A DNA stretch of 63,022 bases, filler included, from Basidiobolus ranarum (lineage: Eukaryota): NCBI GenBank assembly GCA_040143965.1. It is 22 parts of 22 records of this genome, joined end to end, with 100 filler letters (N's around TTAATTAATTAA, not from the genome) between each part and the next. Parts side by side here need not be neighbours in the genome. Positions count along the whole stretch, not along the records: positions 1 to 2,782 come from JASJQH010002983.1; positions 2,883 to 5,664 come from JASJQH010002984.1; positions 5,765 to 8,545 come from JASJQH010002985.1; positions 8,646 to 11,425 come from JASJQH010002986.1; positions 11,526 to 14,302 come from JASJQH010002987.1; 17 more parts are not named here. One strand, given 5' to 3'. The notes beneath the pieces were generated by a model, which saw only the letters and a program-made list of their open reading frames with translations, searched no databases and had not been told where the DNA came from. This document shows positions 1 to 12,071 of this stretch, piece by piece (position 1 is the first letter of the stretch; every line of letters starts with the position of its first letter). The position numbers were made by a program, and so were the translations under genes.

Positions 1-813
1 TAACAACTTGTGCAGTAGATTGATTTTGACAAGTGAATGACCAACATATATTAACAATCTATCAAGTTTTATCAATCCTTGCTCTACTTACAAAGCATGC
101 ACGTACTCCAGCAACCCACCACTCATAGATGCCAACTCTCCAAATAACACGATGATTGATTTGGTTATTAGCTTCAGTAGTTGATTACCAATCACCTTAG
201 TGAGTGGGCTAATTTTTGTCATAAGCGATTCAAAATGTTTGTCACTACCAAATGCAGTAGACCCACTGTGATTGATACGGAAACCTGAGAACAAGGAGTC
301 TTGGTCTAAGAAGTAGGTAACGGAACAACCTGACGCATTTATAGAGCTTTTATCGGCAGGAAATTGAATTCAATATGCTCTACTCTATTACTCATTAATT
401 TGCGTCTACTGTATTCTATTAGTGAAGAATACTCCATAGCTCTCGAAAAGTTCATATTAAACCTGCAACCCACCTGGGATGTTAACGGTATCCTGAAAAA
501 CCACTTGTTTCAGGGGGTATCAGATAGAATGAAAGGGATTGAGTTTCCATTTGGATTGAATATACCAACACAGGTTTAAGGATCAATTATTGTACATTAC
601 CCATTCCACTTAACGGGCCATCTTCGGTGTTTTTCTTGGGTTGATCGTTTTTAATATGCCTAGTACATGCAGATATCAGGTTTATGTAGCACTTTCAAAG
701 ACATCAATGATTTTATATTCATATATTTCCTTTTAGATACCCTAATGCACCCCCAATGCTCTATTCAGAAGTATATAAAGCTACCATGGTGAAGCTGGGG
801 CTCTTAGTCCCAA

Positions 814-2782
814 ATGTCTTCTGTAGTATCGCAGAGTCAGTCTTCTCATGATGAACTTCACTCATCTGGTAACGAATTTTCTTGATAATGAAAAATGGAG
901 ACGTACTCTAACTCACCGTATTCGTGTTGATAGGAGCTCATGATACGGCCATAATACTCGACTTGTTGGAAGCCATGCGTTTAGGTAACGTTCAAATATC
1001 TACTTGAAAGGAGTTAGCTTTTAATATCAGTCCCTTTAGGTGATAAAGAGGCTATTAAGGCCATCGTAAGCTCTTATATTAGACCTGGTACTAGCAATAA
1101 AATCTTTCCATTACATATGGCTGTTAGCAGTGCAGACAGAGCAACCACTGAGTTCGTTCTCTCTCTCCCTGAAGTGTATGTGAATCAACAAGATCATACC
1201 GGAAATACTGCACTTCACATAGGTGCTTCTCTGGGAAGAATCGAAGTTGTCAAGGTCTTGTTGAGACATGAAGATATAGACGATACACTAGTCAATCGAG
1301 ATGGAAAACAGCCACACCAAATGATTAACTCTGATGAGATTCTTCGGCTTATTGAACGTAAATCCATTTATACATATACAAGGCATTTGATTTGAATTTG
1401 ACCCTAACGGTCTTTAAAGAGAATCGCCGCGAGTTCGTGGAGAGACGAAATTCAGATGTAGTTCGACTCATTTCTAGGTTCAATATCGAGCAATTACTGA
1501 ATGTATTCAATGAAAATCGAGTCAAAGCTCTTCTCAATCTCAACCTGAGTGAGCCAGTCAATGGCTATTCAGCCCTTCACGTAGCAGCTCTCTCGAATGA
1601 TGTAGACTCGGTTCATACCCTCTTGAAGCTGGGAGTAGATGTGCTTAATCAAGATCACAAAAAGAATTTGCCCATAGATCTTACTCAATGCCCAAAGGTC
1701 AAGGCCATATTAAAGCAAGGTACTTGGTAGGATAGCTAGTAAATACCGTTGATCCGATATTGACATTTTAACTTTAGCCATGAATGCCTCACAGGTAACC
1801 ATCCACTCTCCTGGTAAAGTCCTCGCAGGGTTTTTACAAAAATGGACCAATTATGCTAGCGGTTATAAAGCGAGATGGTTCGTACTAGAAAACGGTAATA
1901 TAGCCTTATCGAATAAGACATACCGCATGTGGATTCCTCATACTTATTCTTGTCGTTGATTAGGTATTCTTTCCTATTACATGAACCAAACTCAAACGAG
2001 AGATACTTGTCGTGGAACTATCAATATTCGATTTGCCAATATTAGTATGCACAGACAAGATCACTCTAGATTTGACATTACAGGCCCACAATCAACAAAG
2101 TATCCTCTCCGGGCTAGCCATCCTATTGAGGCTAAACGTTGGGTTCTAGCACTCAACCAAAGTAAAATTTTGTCTGATTCAAATGACCATTCAAACGAAA
2201 TCTCAACTTCAACGCCAATCCAATTTCTCTCGAATAACTTTAGATTTCCCTACACTCCAGATCAGTCACCAACTGACTCTACCTTCGAAATAACTATTCA
2301 CTCTTCCAGCCTAAAACTCCACGGGGAAAAAGAAACCTCATATCTAGGACTCACTATAGAAGACGCCAATACATCCGATGATGACTCCGAAAAGCCGAGT
2401 GCAGATTATTATTGGAAAGTAGACGCTATCATTAACAAGCTAATGGCTCAACAACTTCATATCTCCAGGGCAGTTGAAGAACTTTCACTAGAAGAGGAAA
2501 AAAGAGAATGTGTGCAAAAATCCATATCCTTAATTAATAGTTTAGTGGAGGATGCTTCTAATGCATTACGAGAGCAAGACATCTACTGGAGAAAGAAATA
2601 TGCCCGACAAAGTCAAAAGCATGAACTATGGGTAGAAAACTTCAAAAGGTTAGCCCATGAAAACCATGAGCTCCAGAAGGATACTGAAATAGGAGCAGCA
2701 ATGATAGAGGAAGTTACACAGGTGCCGCCTGCAGAGGAGGAAGAAGAGGAAGAGGTTTATGATGCTATGGAGGCGGTGAGTT
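814..2782 (+). CDS. OSH1: Oxysterol-binding protein homologue, Osh1/Osh2 (SWH1) type: ankyrin repeats, PH domain, coiled coil and FFAT-like motif; 3'-truncated at the contig end
   Basis: Exons 814-868, 934-984, 1040-1357, 1420-1719, 1778-1894 and 1964-~2776 splice in frame through GT-AG introns. Ankyrin motifs GNTALHIGA and [11 protein letters not shown] start [28 protein letters not shown]; acidic [10 protein letters not shown] resembles FFAT. Confidence 0.88.
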
Positions 2783-2882
2783 NNNNNNNNNNNNNNNNNN
2801 NNNNNNNNNNNNNNNNNNNNNNNNNNTTAATTAATTAANNNNNNNNNNNNNNNNNNNNNNNNNNNNNNNNNNNNNNNNNNNN
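2783..2882. other. Artificial contig-joining spacer N44-TTAATTAATTAA-N44 (first of 21, recurring about every 2.87 kb)
   Basis: An identical 100-nt spacer with stop codons in all six frames recurs 21 times; the flanking contig lengths never increase, going from 2782 to 2755 bp. Confidence 0.98.
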
Positions 2883-3018
2883 TCCAGATATTGCCAAGAA
2901 TTTAATATCTGTATGCAAGGCCACCTCAGAAGGGCTAAAATTCAATTTTGATAAGTCAGGATGCACCATCACTGATCAAAATGGGAATTATTTGGCTTTG
3001 GGAGAAAAGGATCAAAAA
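2883..3018 (+). mobile_element. Copia pol fragment (post-protease region), same family as 25900-28458 and 51699-52400
   Basis: Reads PDIAKNLISVCKATSEGLKFNFDKSGCTITDQNG; reverse-complement match to 28240-28370. Confidence 0.8.
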
Positions 3019-4175
3019 GTAACTGGAAGCCTGTTGGAAGTGGTATAGAGAATCAGAGGAATTGGTGGATCTCACTGATTGATTTATTGAGTAGAAAGTT
3101 GACATTTATAGTTTTGTCATGATGTAAACATACTAACATGTAGAATGTGTTAAGAAAGGTCTCAGGAACATGTGTGCAAAGTTTGGGGCTTCTAGGACAA
3201 GTTTGAAAAGTCTATATATCTGAGAACTTCTAAGTTGGTAAAAATATTCTAAGTAAATTCCAATTGAGAATAATAGGTAATATCTTAGTGGAATATGAGA
3301 TAGTTAAGCATTGAGCTATATATCACTATATTTGGTGCTTAGACAATGTGAATTTTGACACAGATAACTAAATACTAAGCTATATATCATTATATAAATA
3401 TTTTGGCAATGCTAATTCCAACAAAACCTCCAATTCTTTCATATTCTCCAAACTACTTCCAGAAGCTCTCAAAATACTCTAACAGGTTATGAGCCCAAAC
3501 TTGCACTCCATGCAATATCTACATCCATTAGATTATAAATATGTGAAGGCATTTTGGGAGCCTGTGTAGTTTGCAGAAATAGTGAAATTGGTGGTTTTCA
3601 CTGATTGATTTACTGAGTAAGAAGTTGACATTAGTAGTTTTGTCATGAATTAAACAAGCTAACATGTAGTTTGTGCTAAGGAATATCCTTGGAACATGTG
3701 TGCCAAGTTTGGGGCTTCTAGTACAAGTTTGTAAAATATATATATCTGAGCAATTGCAAGTAAATTCTGATTGAGAATAAAGGGTGATATCTTAGCGGAA
3801 TATAGGATAACCAAATACTAAGCTATATATGACTATTTAGGTGTTTAGGCAAAGCTAACTTCAACAATCAGAGCTTCTAGTTCTTGGAAACACTTCCAAC
3901 AAGCTACCAAAACACTGTAACATTTAGGCAATGCTAATTTTAACAGAATGATGACATTCATAGTTTTATCTAAGGGTAAATAAATATATACACTGTGTTA
4001 TGAAAGGTCCTTCAATCATGTGTGTGGAATTTTGGGCCTCCAGGACAAGCTTGAGAAGTCTATATATCTTCAAACTTCTAAGTAAATTCTGATATTGAAT
4101 AATGGGTAATATCATAGTTCAATATAGGATAACTAAATACTAAGCTAGTGTTTAGGCAATGCTAATTTCAACACA
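3019..4175 (+). mobile_element. Tandem array of three degenerate copies of a Copia-type LTR (about 3019-3484, 3542-3922, 3990-4175)
   Basis: The block cactgattgattta..gttgacatt..acatgtgtgc..tttggggcttctagg..tctatatatct..aagtaaattc repeats three times (third copy partial). The first copy ends ..CTAACA directly before a PBS. Confidence 0.75.
3485..3496 (+). promoter_or_regulatory. Primer-binding site GGTTATGAGCCC (internal/half tRNA-iMet priming, Ty5/copia type)
   Basis: Directly follows the LTR end ..AACA; complementary to the tRNA-iMet anticodon arm GGGCUCAUAACC. Confidence 0.8.
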
Positions 4176-5202
4176 AAGGAGAGTAACAAGATCTTGACCA
4201 AGAGAAGGTCTTACCAAATGGTAACTTATATACTGTATGATTTAGAATCCATATCCAGTGGCAAAATTGAAGATAGAAATCTATTTAACTCCACAATCTT
4301 TGGAGTTGATTATGACAGTCTCAGAGATGGTAGCATTGTTTTTCGCATTTTACTTGATCTAGATAAGGCTTGTGAAGTCTATAGAGAGGGGAAAACTCGG
4401 GCTAGTATAGATAATTACTTTTAGTAACCTGATTTGAGAAAAAATGCAAACTCTAATGATAAAATTGCGAGGCTATTGATGCTCGCATTGAGGGTATTCT
4501 CTGAAAAATAAGGGATTTTTAGTGACAATAAACAACTCGTTTCATGGTGATCAGAGAGCTTTTACACATCTGTGAATACTTTATCAACCACGGCTAAGCT
4601 CAGTTAAATATACTTGAGTTAGATCCATAAAAAGGTGCTGAATATTCTTGAGTTAGATCCATTTCTTTCTACAATTAGTATACATACGTAACAATATAAG
4701 TATTCACTAATCCATGTTATACACAACTAGCTAGCTTTTTAAACTTGAAACTTTTCTAGGAACATAAGTAGGATATTCATCTTATGCGCCTCAGTTGAAC
4801 AGAAGAATTTCATCTTACGCGCCACGGTTGAATAGAAGAATTTCTATAAATCCTCCACTCAACCATTCTGTCTCAGTACTCCTAAACCATAGTCCGTTAT
4901 CTGCTCCTTTTGTGGCTCATTACCAAATGTAAGTATCATGTTGACATTCGATACTTATATCAGAGTAATCATGGGGCATTGAAATCTCAATTTGGAACTA
5001 GTTGTAAAATCAAGAAATCACCAAGAGTTCTGATTTGTGATGAGACCAAATCAACAAATCGTCAAATCTATACTTTACAATGTTATGAATCGTAGTCACA
5101 TATTTCGCCTATAAATTGATTCAAAAATCAGTAAATAAAAATAAACATATTGAAACCCAAACCCTTATCTTTACTGGTTTTTGCAATATTAGGATTAATC
5201 AG

Positions 5203-5664
5203 ATGCGTAGAGGGAATTGTAATTTCAAATATATTCTTACATTTTGTGTTCTTTTTCCATTTGTCTATTTGACGCTAATTTATGCTTTTGGTCACAAAGT
5301 CGGGTTATATGCTATAGATAGCACATCAAGGAATTCAAACACAACTACCCTTGTTTCTGCCTATTTCCCCCTTACAGAGTCCAAACATTCAACTAGCGAT
5401 TACATCAAATGGCTTTCCAATTTTCTTTCCAATGTTAATAATCCTATGGTGATATACACCACACCCCAATTTGCTTCAACTATTCAAGAACTTCGAGGGG
5501 ATTTCCCAACCATAATTCGTACACAATACGAAAGTCCTTTCAACGTAACTCCTTTACAGGGTTTGGAAGAGATATACAAAGGAAAACAACACGACCTTGA
5601 CCGAGAGAAGGCCTATCATAATGGTAACTTATACGCCATTTGGAATTCGAAAGCTTTTCTTGTT
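5203..5664 (+). CDS. Type II membrane protein, HtrL/YibB-like putative glycosyltransferase; 3'-truncated
   Basis: ATG at 5203, an N-terminal TM segment (ILTFCVLFPFVYLTLIYAF), then TTLVSAYF..SKHS..DY..WLSNFL....PMVIYT...H..LYAIWNSKAFLV, which I recognise as HtrL/YibB-like. Confidence 0.7.
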
Positions 5665-5764
5665 NNNNNNNNNNNNNNNNNNNNNNNNNNNNNNNNNNNN
5701 NNNNNNNNTTAATTAATTAANNNNNNNNNNNNNNNNNNNNNNNNNNNNNNNNNNNNNNNNNNNN

Positions 5765-8545
5765 TTTGATATAGTCTCCTGAATATTTTTATAGAGTTCT
5801 TCATACCCAAGGTTTAGCTCATACCCAACATGAATTTGTATCAATATCTTCATCAAAGCCCACCATTGTATTAACATTGCTGAATCAACATTCTTCCAGC
5901 TATCTGGCAGATACCTTGCAATATTGTGCCACTTTGAATTAAATTCTTCCCAGATATATGCATGGTCAACACCAGACAGAATGTCAAGTTGAATGTTCTT
6001 CTTCTGAAGCCACTTTCTGCATACTTGCACTGTGTTTTTCCATTCATACTTTTGAAAATACTCCTCAAGCACTTTGACTATTTTTGTACATCCTTGTAGT
6101 GAGACACTACTGAGGGTGCTTTGTGGTGTTTGTGCAGCTTTTTGCTTGCATTTAACTTTGGGGCTAATTTCAACACTTTGAAAAGTACCAGTTGAGGTTG
6201 GAGAGCCATGAGTCTTATTTGCTGGTGTTTTGGCTTATTGTGAGGTGCCAGGTGTTGGATAAACTTCCAGATTTAGCACTCTTGCAACTGGTGTACCTGG
6301 TTCCATGATGAAATTAAGCTTTTTTGCCAGTATATCCAACTTTGGAATTGCAGATGTTCATAATGGTATGAAGAATTTGGTAAGTGGGACAGTAGAGCCT
6401 AAACTCACTGGCTCCTTTGCTTTTCCCTTAGGTTTACTAACTTTCTGCTCTTTGAGTACTTCTTTAGCTGCTTTTCTTTTTTTCCAAGGCAATAATTGCA
6501 TACATTATGAGATGTTTCATGAATAGGCCTATACTAGCCTGATTGCCGTTTACTTGCAAAAACCCAGGATAAGCCACATGAAATAAGTCAAGAACCTCAG
6601 AGTAACGCCTGGTTTTTGTTTTTTCCATTATTGGCTCAAATCCAGGCCATTTTGGGCAAGATTCCACACAGTTTCCAAAATTTTAAACCACTTATCATCA
6701 GAGCAAGTGATGGCAGCTCTGACATTCAGAGTTCTTTGGTTTGCTGGTTTTCATATCAGATATCCACTTTCATGTGCTCAAGCAATTTTGGGTCATTGTG
6801 TAGGCTTAATGGTCCAACATATATTATGCTCTGCTAGATTGTCACAGTGATGCTCATATGTATGGTGTGCAATTGATTGAAATCCCATATGAGAATGGAT
6901 GGAGGGAGCAGCATGTTGCTGTAGCTCAAGTACAGCATTTTAAAGGTCTTGTATTATTGTTGAGTGACTCTCTAACTGTTGACTAGTTGCATCTGAATGC
7001 TGCATTAATTGCAATATTGCAGCATTATTGCTTGTCATGGCCTATATAGCAACTTCATAACTTTTACTTATGATTGCATACAACTCATTACACTGTTCCG
7101 CCTGCATTTCCCTTGTTGTAACTATTCTATCCAAATTTTCTACAGAGGGTTGTTCAATAGTTGGCAAGGTAGCTATTTTTGAAGTTGATGGTCTTGATGG
7201 AGTTTTGGTTGAACTTTGCTCAACTACTGATTTACTGTGTAATGCGGGATTAGAATCCCTTCACTTGCACTGTTACTTGAAGGGAACACATCTGGCAAAT
7301 TGATTAATGCTTCATCATTACTAGAGTTAGTTTTCAGCTTGCTAATGCCTTCCAAAGTGGATAGTGGATAGCTAGACTGCTCATCAATTAAGTCCTCTGT
7401 TCTTGATGGTTTTTTTCCTCTTGTGGCAGCAGGCTTGGGCTCGGAAGCCAATTTTGACTTCAATTTTGAATGCTTTTTGAATGGCATTGATATTTCCAGA
7501 TGGCAAACTTGGTGTAATGAAATTGCTTAGAAATAGCTTATAATAAATTAAAGTTGTCATCCATTACTGGAAATATCTTGTAAATCCCCTGATGACTCAT
7601 CTGTGACATCATCTCAGAATCAGCTGATGATATTAATGCGCTATACCTGAAATACTACCCTAATGTGGTAGGTGTTCTTTTTTCTACAATATCCTTCTCA
7701 TGCTGCAACGCAAATGTTTAAAGAAGACCTGCAATTATTGTCACAAATTCTTGTGCTATGAAAGCTGGAGGCTTCATCAAAAAAATAATCACAAGCATGG
7801 TCACTGTACAAAGCCACTAGTTGCACAAAGCCTGGTGTATAACAATTGTAATAAGTGCACTAAATCAACTTTAGTTTTGCCCATTGAGTCCTCTGACTGT
7901 AGTTTGCCTCAAAGTTTTGGTAACACTGCCAAAAGTCAAGATACTATGGAGTTACCACAGATATATGACCAGAATGATGTAGGTCAAAATGCAACTTTGG
8001 TCAAAACAGTAAGTCCAGACAACTTTGAGGACTTGCTGCTAGATGTTGACCTTGGTTATTCCAGTACTGATAGCAGAAAATCAGAAGTTGAAGAAGAAGA
8101 TGACGGTTTTGTTATGGACTCTTTGTTATTGGCAAACATTAGTTCACTCATGACACTTACTGTAAAGGAAGTAGCTTTGATTATTGAGGAGTGGAGAGTT
8201 CAATACAATGGACTTGTTCCATTGTGCCAGGATTTATCAGACCTTGGATCAATATATTAGAGTAAGTATGATTGAAATTGATCATGCCAGAGGGTGATGG
8301 ATATTACCAAATTGTGCTGCATGAATTTTAGAATAATATATCCAATATGAAATATACAGCACAATCTGGCACTATCATAGAGAACAAGACCATTCTTAGC
8401 AACCAGGTGTTTATTGGTTTTCTTACACTTTTACTACAGTTGATTGGCAACTGTTGCTTGCCACAGACCTGGTACAAGTGGAAAACACTTGTCAATTGTA
8501 TGACTTATAATCCTTTGGTAATTAAACTACCTTCATGCCCAAATG
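5765..8545. mobile_element. CACTA/EnSpm-like element, internal part: decayed accessory ORF1 (minus, starts ~7487) divergent from the transposase 5' end (plus, starts 7700)
   Basis: Homologous to copies at 20154, 21586, 23359, 31642 and 52410. The transposase N-terminus has CxxC..CxxCH and KLPSCPN, which leads into the tnp2 domain in the 31642 copy. Confidence 0.8.
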
Positions 8546-8645
8546 NNNNNNNNNNNNNNNNNNNNNNNNNNNNNNNNNNNNNNNNNNNNTTAATTAATTA
8601 ANNNNNNNNNNNNNNNNNNNNNNNNNNNNNNNNNNNNNNNNNNNN

Positions 8646-10627
8646 AGGTTTTACCATAGTAGCAACTGTCTTGTACTTGGTCCTAACAATGGCTTCTTGT
8701 ACTTTATATCCTAAAGCAGCTCCCCAAGCTAAGTTTGAGTTGGATGTATAATGTATTTGGTAGCAGGTATCTTCTTTGGTAGTGCTTCTGCACTTAGTTT
8801 GAGTACTATGGTCAGCAGCTGGTGCTCCACAAAAGTTGGCAAGTAGACCTGGGTTGCTTCCATATATGGTGTACTACGCAGATCCATCTGGGTAATTAAT
8901 GACTATTGCTCTTGCTTTTGTTTCCCAAGGTCTTCCAAGTAGTAGGTTGAAGTTTGCTTTTTGTCAGATGAAGACAGGTACAGTGTGCTCAACTCCTTGT
9001 ATGTTGCTGGGAGATGAATGTGTGACTCCTAACAGTGAAGACACTCCAGTTTTGGCATTGCGCATATTCCAGTGTATGTCAGTATCTATTGGGAGCAAGT
9101 GTTTGCCTGGTAATCACTTGTAGACATCCATTGGTATCACACAAATCTCTGACCCACTATCAATATGGCATCTTATAGGGTCTCCATGACTTGTCCTACT
9201 AGCTAGGGCTGTGGCCACTGAGTAGTATGTCAATGTAGGTGCTTCCTTGTTGATCTTGGGAAGTGGTTCATCATGAGTTGTCTGTATAATTCTTGCAGAA
9301 GGTTGATCTATAGGTTGTCTCCTAGTACATATGTTGTAATCTAGATTCTTTTTCACTGTAGGAGAAACACTGACAAGTTTCCCAATTGTGATGGAGAGGC
9401 AAGAGTCTAAGATCCTCTTGGTAAGTGTTGCAGGATCTGCCTTCTTGCTATTCTTGGATTGCATCTGATAGTTAGGTTGTTGTGGTGCTTCTTCAGCTGT
9501 TCTTGGTGTTGGTTTTGGAATGTTCTCAATAACAACCTCTGGCTCAGAAAATCTTGCCTTCTGTGTACCAGTAGTTCTTAGTTCATCAGGTGGAGAAGCT
9601 CACTTGGTTACATAAGCTTCAGCTAAGTGAGAAAAATCATCTTCATTATCAGATTTGAATGTTTGGTTTTGTTGTTGGTCAACAGCAAAGTGATTCATGT
9701 TCTTGTCAGGGTCTTCAACAGTTACCCTTCTGGTTTTGTTAACTGGTGGGCAGTAAGTTGCTTTCATACCTCCTCTTCCAAAGTTTGGCCTGACATTTCT
9801 GCCATTATGATCAATTATAAACTCTCTTGAGTCCAATTGGAGCTCTCTTTTGTTAAGTAGTTGATTTAATTCTGGACAGTCCTTCTTGGAATGCTTGATT
9901 GAGTCACACCATACACAATTAGATGGGAAGGAAGATTGATAGGTTCCTCCTTGGTAGGACTTGCTCTCAGTCTTCAAAGTGAGACATTCAAGTTTCTTGC
10001 TAATGTTGGATAGTTCTTCCTCAACATCAACTGTTCTGCTTTTTGTCAATGGTTCTTCTGATTTTGGTTGCTGTTGTTCCCTGCTCCTCTGGAGCATCAT
10101 CATGAGTGCTGAGTTCTCCTGACTGGCTAGGAGGACTTTCTTCACAATAGCAAGAGAAGGAATATCAGAGATTGATTGGCTGGTAGTTTCTTGATCTACT
10201 TTTGTCAGTAGGTGTTGGGATAAGGCATTGAATAGGTAGTTAGTGAGGGTAACTTCAGTGATAACAACTTATTAGATCACAGATGCTCCAATATTTTCAA
10301 GTTCTGAGATAAATTGTTTGGTAGGCATCTTTGAGAAGCTGGATTTGGCAAAGTCCTCCAAGTCATATATTCAGTAGGTATGGCAGGGTTCTCCATAGTT
10401 TTCTACTAAGTGTCCTTTCATAAGGCTCCAGTCTTTTAGTATGGAAGGGTTGGCTTGAAGTGCTGACATAATATCATCTTCACAGTAAGGCAGTAGTTCC
10501 TCAGCCATTCTGTCTTGAGGAACATTGTAAGCTTGGCAGAAACATTCCAATCTCCTGATGAATGCTCAAACTTTAGTTCCATCAAAGAAGGGAGTTCCTG
10601 GGGATCCGCTGTAGTGTGGAATAGGGC
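8646..10627 (-). mobile_element. Ty3/Gypsy gag-protease remnant
   Basis: Gag start PGTPFFDGTKV..FIRRLE; zinc knuckle CVWCDSIKHSKKDC; aspartic protease CHIDSGSEICVI and NLLLGRPW; interrupted by stops. Confidence 0.85.
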
Positions 10628-11425
10628 TGTTAACTTAAATATTCAGTAATAAAGCTTAATCCCACTACAAATCTCCAGCAAAGCTGAATTTTTTATACTG
10701 GAAGCTTAAAAATATCAATAGGAGATATATTCTTCACTCTATCTTTAAAGGGTAAAGACACACTTCAGTATGTCAATAGCTTGAAGACTTTATGAGAAAC
10801 AATTATTTCTGATAACAGAACTATCAGAAATCCTCAATACTACAAGGGTAGATAAAAGTCTGGTGTTTTCTCTAACTTGAAGTCTGAAGAAAAAGATATA
10901 GTTGTTTTGAGATTGGCAAAGACTTTGATTAATAGTTGGATATATTCTATGACTGTAAAAGTGAAGATAACCATGAAAGAATCTGTACTGCAATCTTCAA
11001 TAGTCAAGCCTAGTTGAGTTGCAATAGGAATCTTTATTATCTTACTATCATACAGGGTAGAATATCTAGTTAAGGAAAGGACAAAGAATATGATGTAGTT
11101 TGGATGGTGCTAAGGCTAGAAGCTTTTTCAATAGGGGGAAGGGTTGCTTATATAAAGAAAACAGCTTAGAATAAATGCTATGAATTGGGGGCTGAGAATA
11201 AATGCTATGAGTGGGTGGCTTAGCATTGAAGTGCTAATACGATCACTAATAAAGCAGCTGTGGCTTTGAAACTTAGAACACATTAGCATCAAGTATTGTT
11301 GCAGCTTTGTGCAAAATTTGAAGAGAATCCATTGGCTGGTTCAAAAGTTAGCACTAATTTTGTGAGCATCCTGAGATCCTGAATTCCTGTGTTCTGAATA
11401 TATGCTAGTGTTGATATTTGTGGTG
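10628..11425 (-). mobile_element. LTR-like sequence abutting or inserted into the Gypsy gag start
   Basis: Terminus TGTTAAC at 10628; minus-strand TATA (TTTATATAAG ~11150) and AATAAA (~11035); non-coding and CpG-poor. Confidence 0.6.
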
Positions 11426-11525
11426 NNNNNNNNNNNNNNNNNNNNNNNNNNNNNNNNNNNNNNNNNNNNTTAATTAATTAANNNNNNNNNNNNNNNNNNN
11501 NNNNNNNNNNNNNNNNNNNNNNNNN

Positions 11526-12071
11526 AAGCAACTTAACCCAAGCAAGAGAATTTGTGGCTATCTACCAACTACAGAGAAAGAATGTGAAGTTTGAATGGGG
11601 ACTTGTTCAAGATGCTGCTATGGAGAAACTGAAGCAAGCACCAACATCACATCCCATACTTAGGCCACTAGAATACACAAATGCCTCAAGACTACCAACA
11701 CACATAGTTGAATCAAGTCCTACTGGAGCAGGTATTCTTGTAGGCCCAAATGACAAAGCAGTCAACCAATATGCATGCAGATATGAAAGTTGTTTATTCA
11801 ACCCCAGGGAGCAGAGAAACACCCAGATCAAGAGACAGCTACTTGGAGCTGTAAAGATAATCAAGAAACAAAAGGCACAACTCTCTATGACTCACTTCAT
11901 ATGTGAACCAGATGCAAGACCAATTATTGAGATGATTAAAAAGCCAGATCTACCAGATGATGCTACCAACCAATGGATGGCTTTACTCAAGATGTTTGAC
12001 TTGGTAGTAGTACACATACCAGGATAAATAAATGTTGTTCAAGATACACTATCAAGAATGGGATCAAGACC
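11526..12071 (+). mobile_element. Ty3/Gypsy RT-thumb/RNase H remnant
   Basis: FEWGLVQDAAMEKLK..HPILRP..YESCLFNPREQRNTQIKRQLLGAV..WMALLKMFDLVVVHIPG..NVVQDTLSR. Confidence 0.85.

Noticed and set aside
88-369. Minus-strand open stretch upstream of OSH1 as a gene end
   Set aside because: It could be a last exon, but I recognise no motif and cannot build a splice model.
4194-4570. Protein-like decayed reading frame next to the LTR array
   Set aside because: Multiple stops and no recognisable family.
4600-4845. Two short tandem duplications (cttgagttagatccat; ttcatctta.gcgcc...gttgaa.agaagaattt)
   Set aside because: Only two units each, consistent with ordinary slippage duplications; no array structure.
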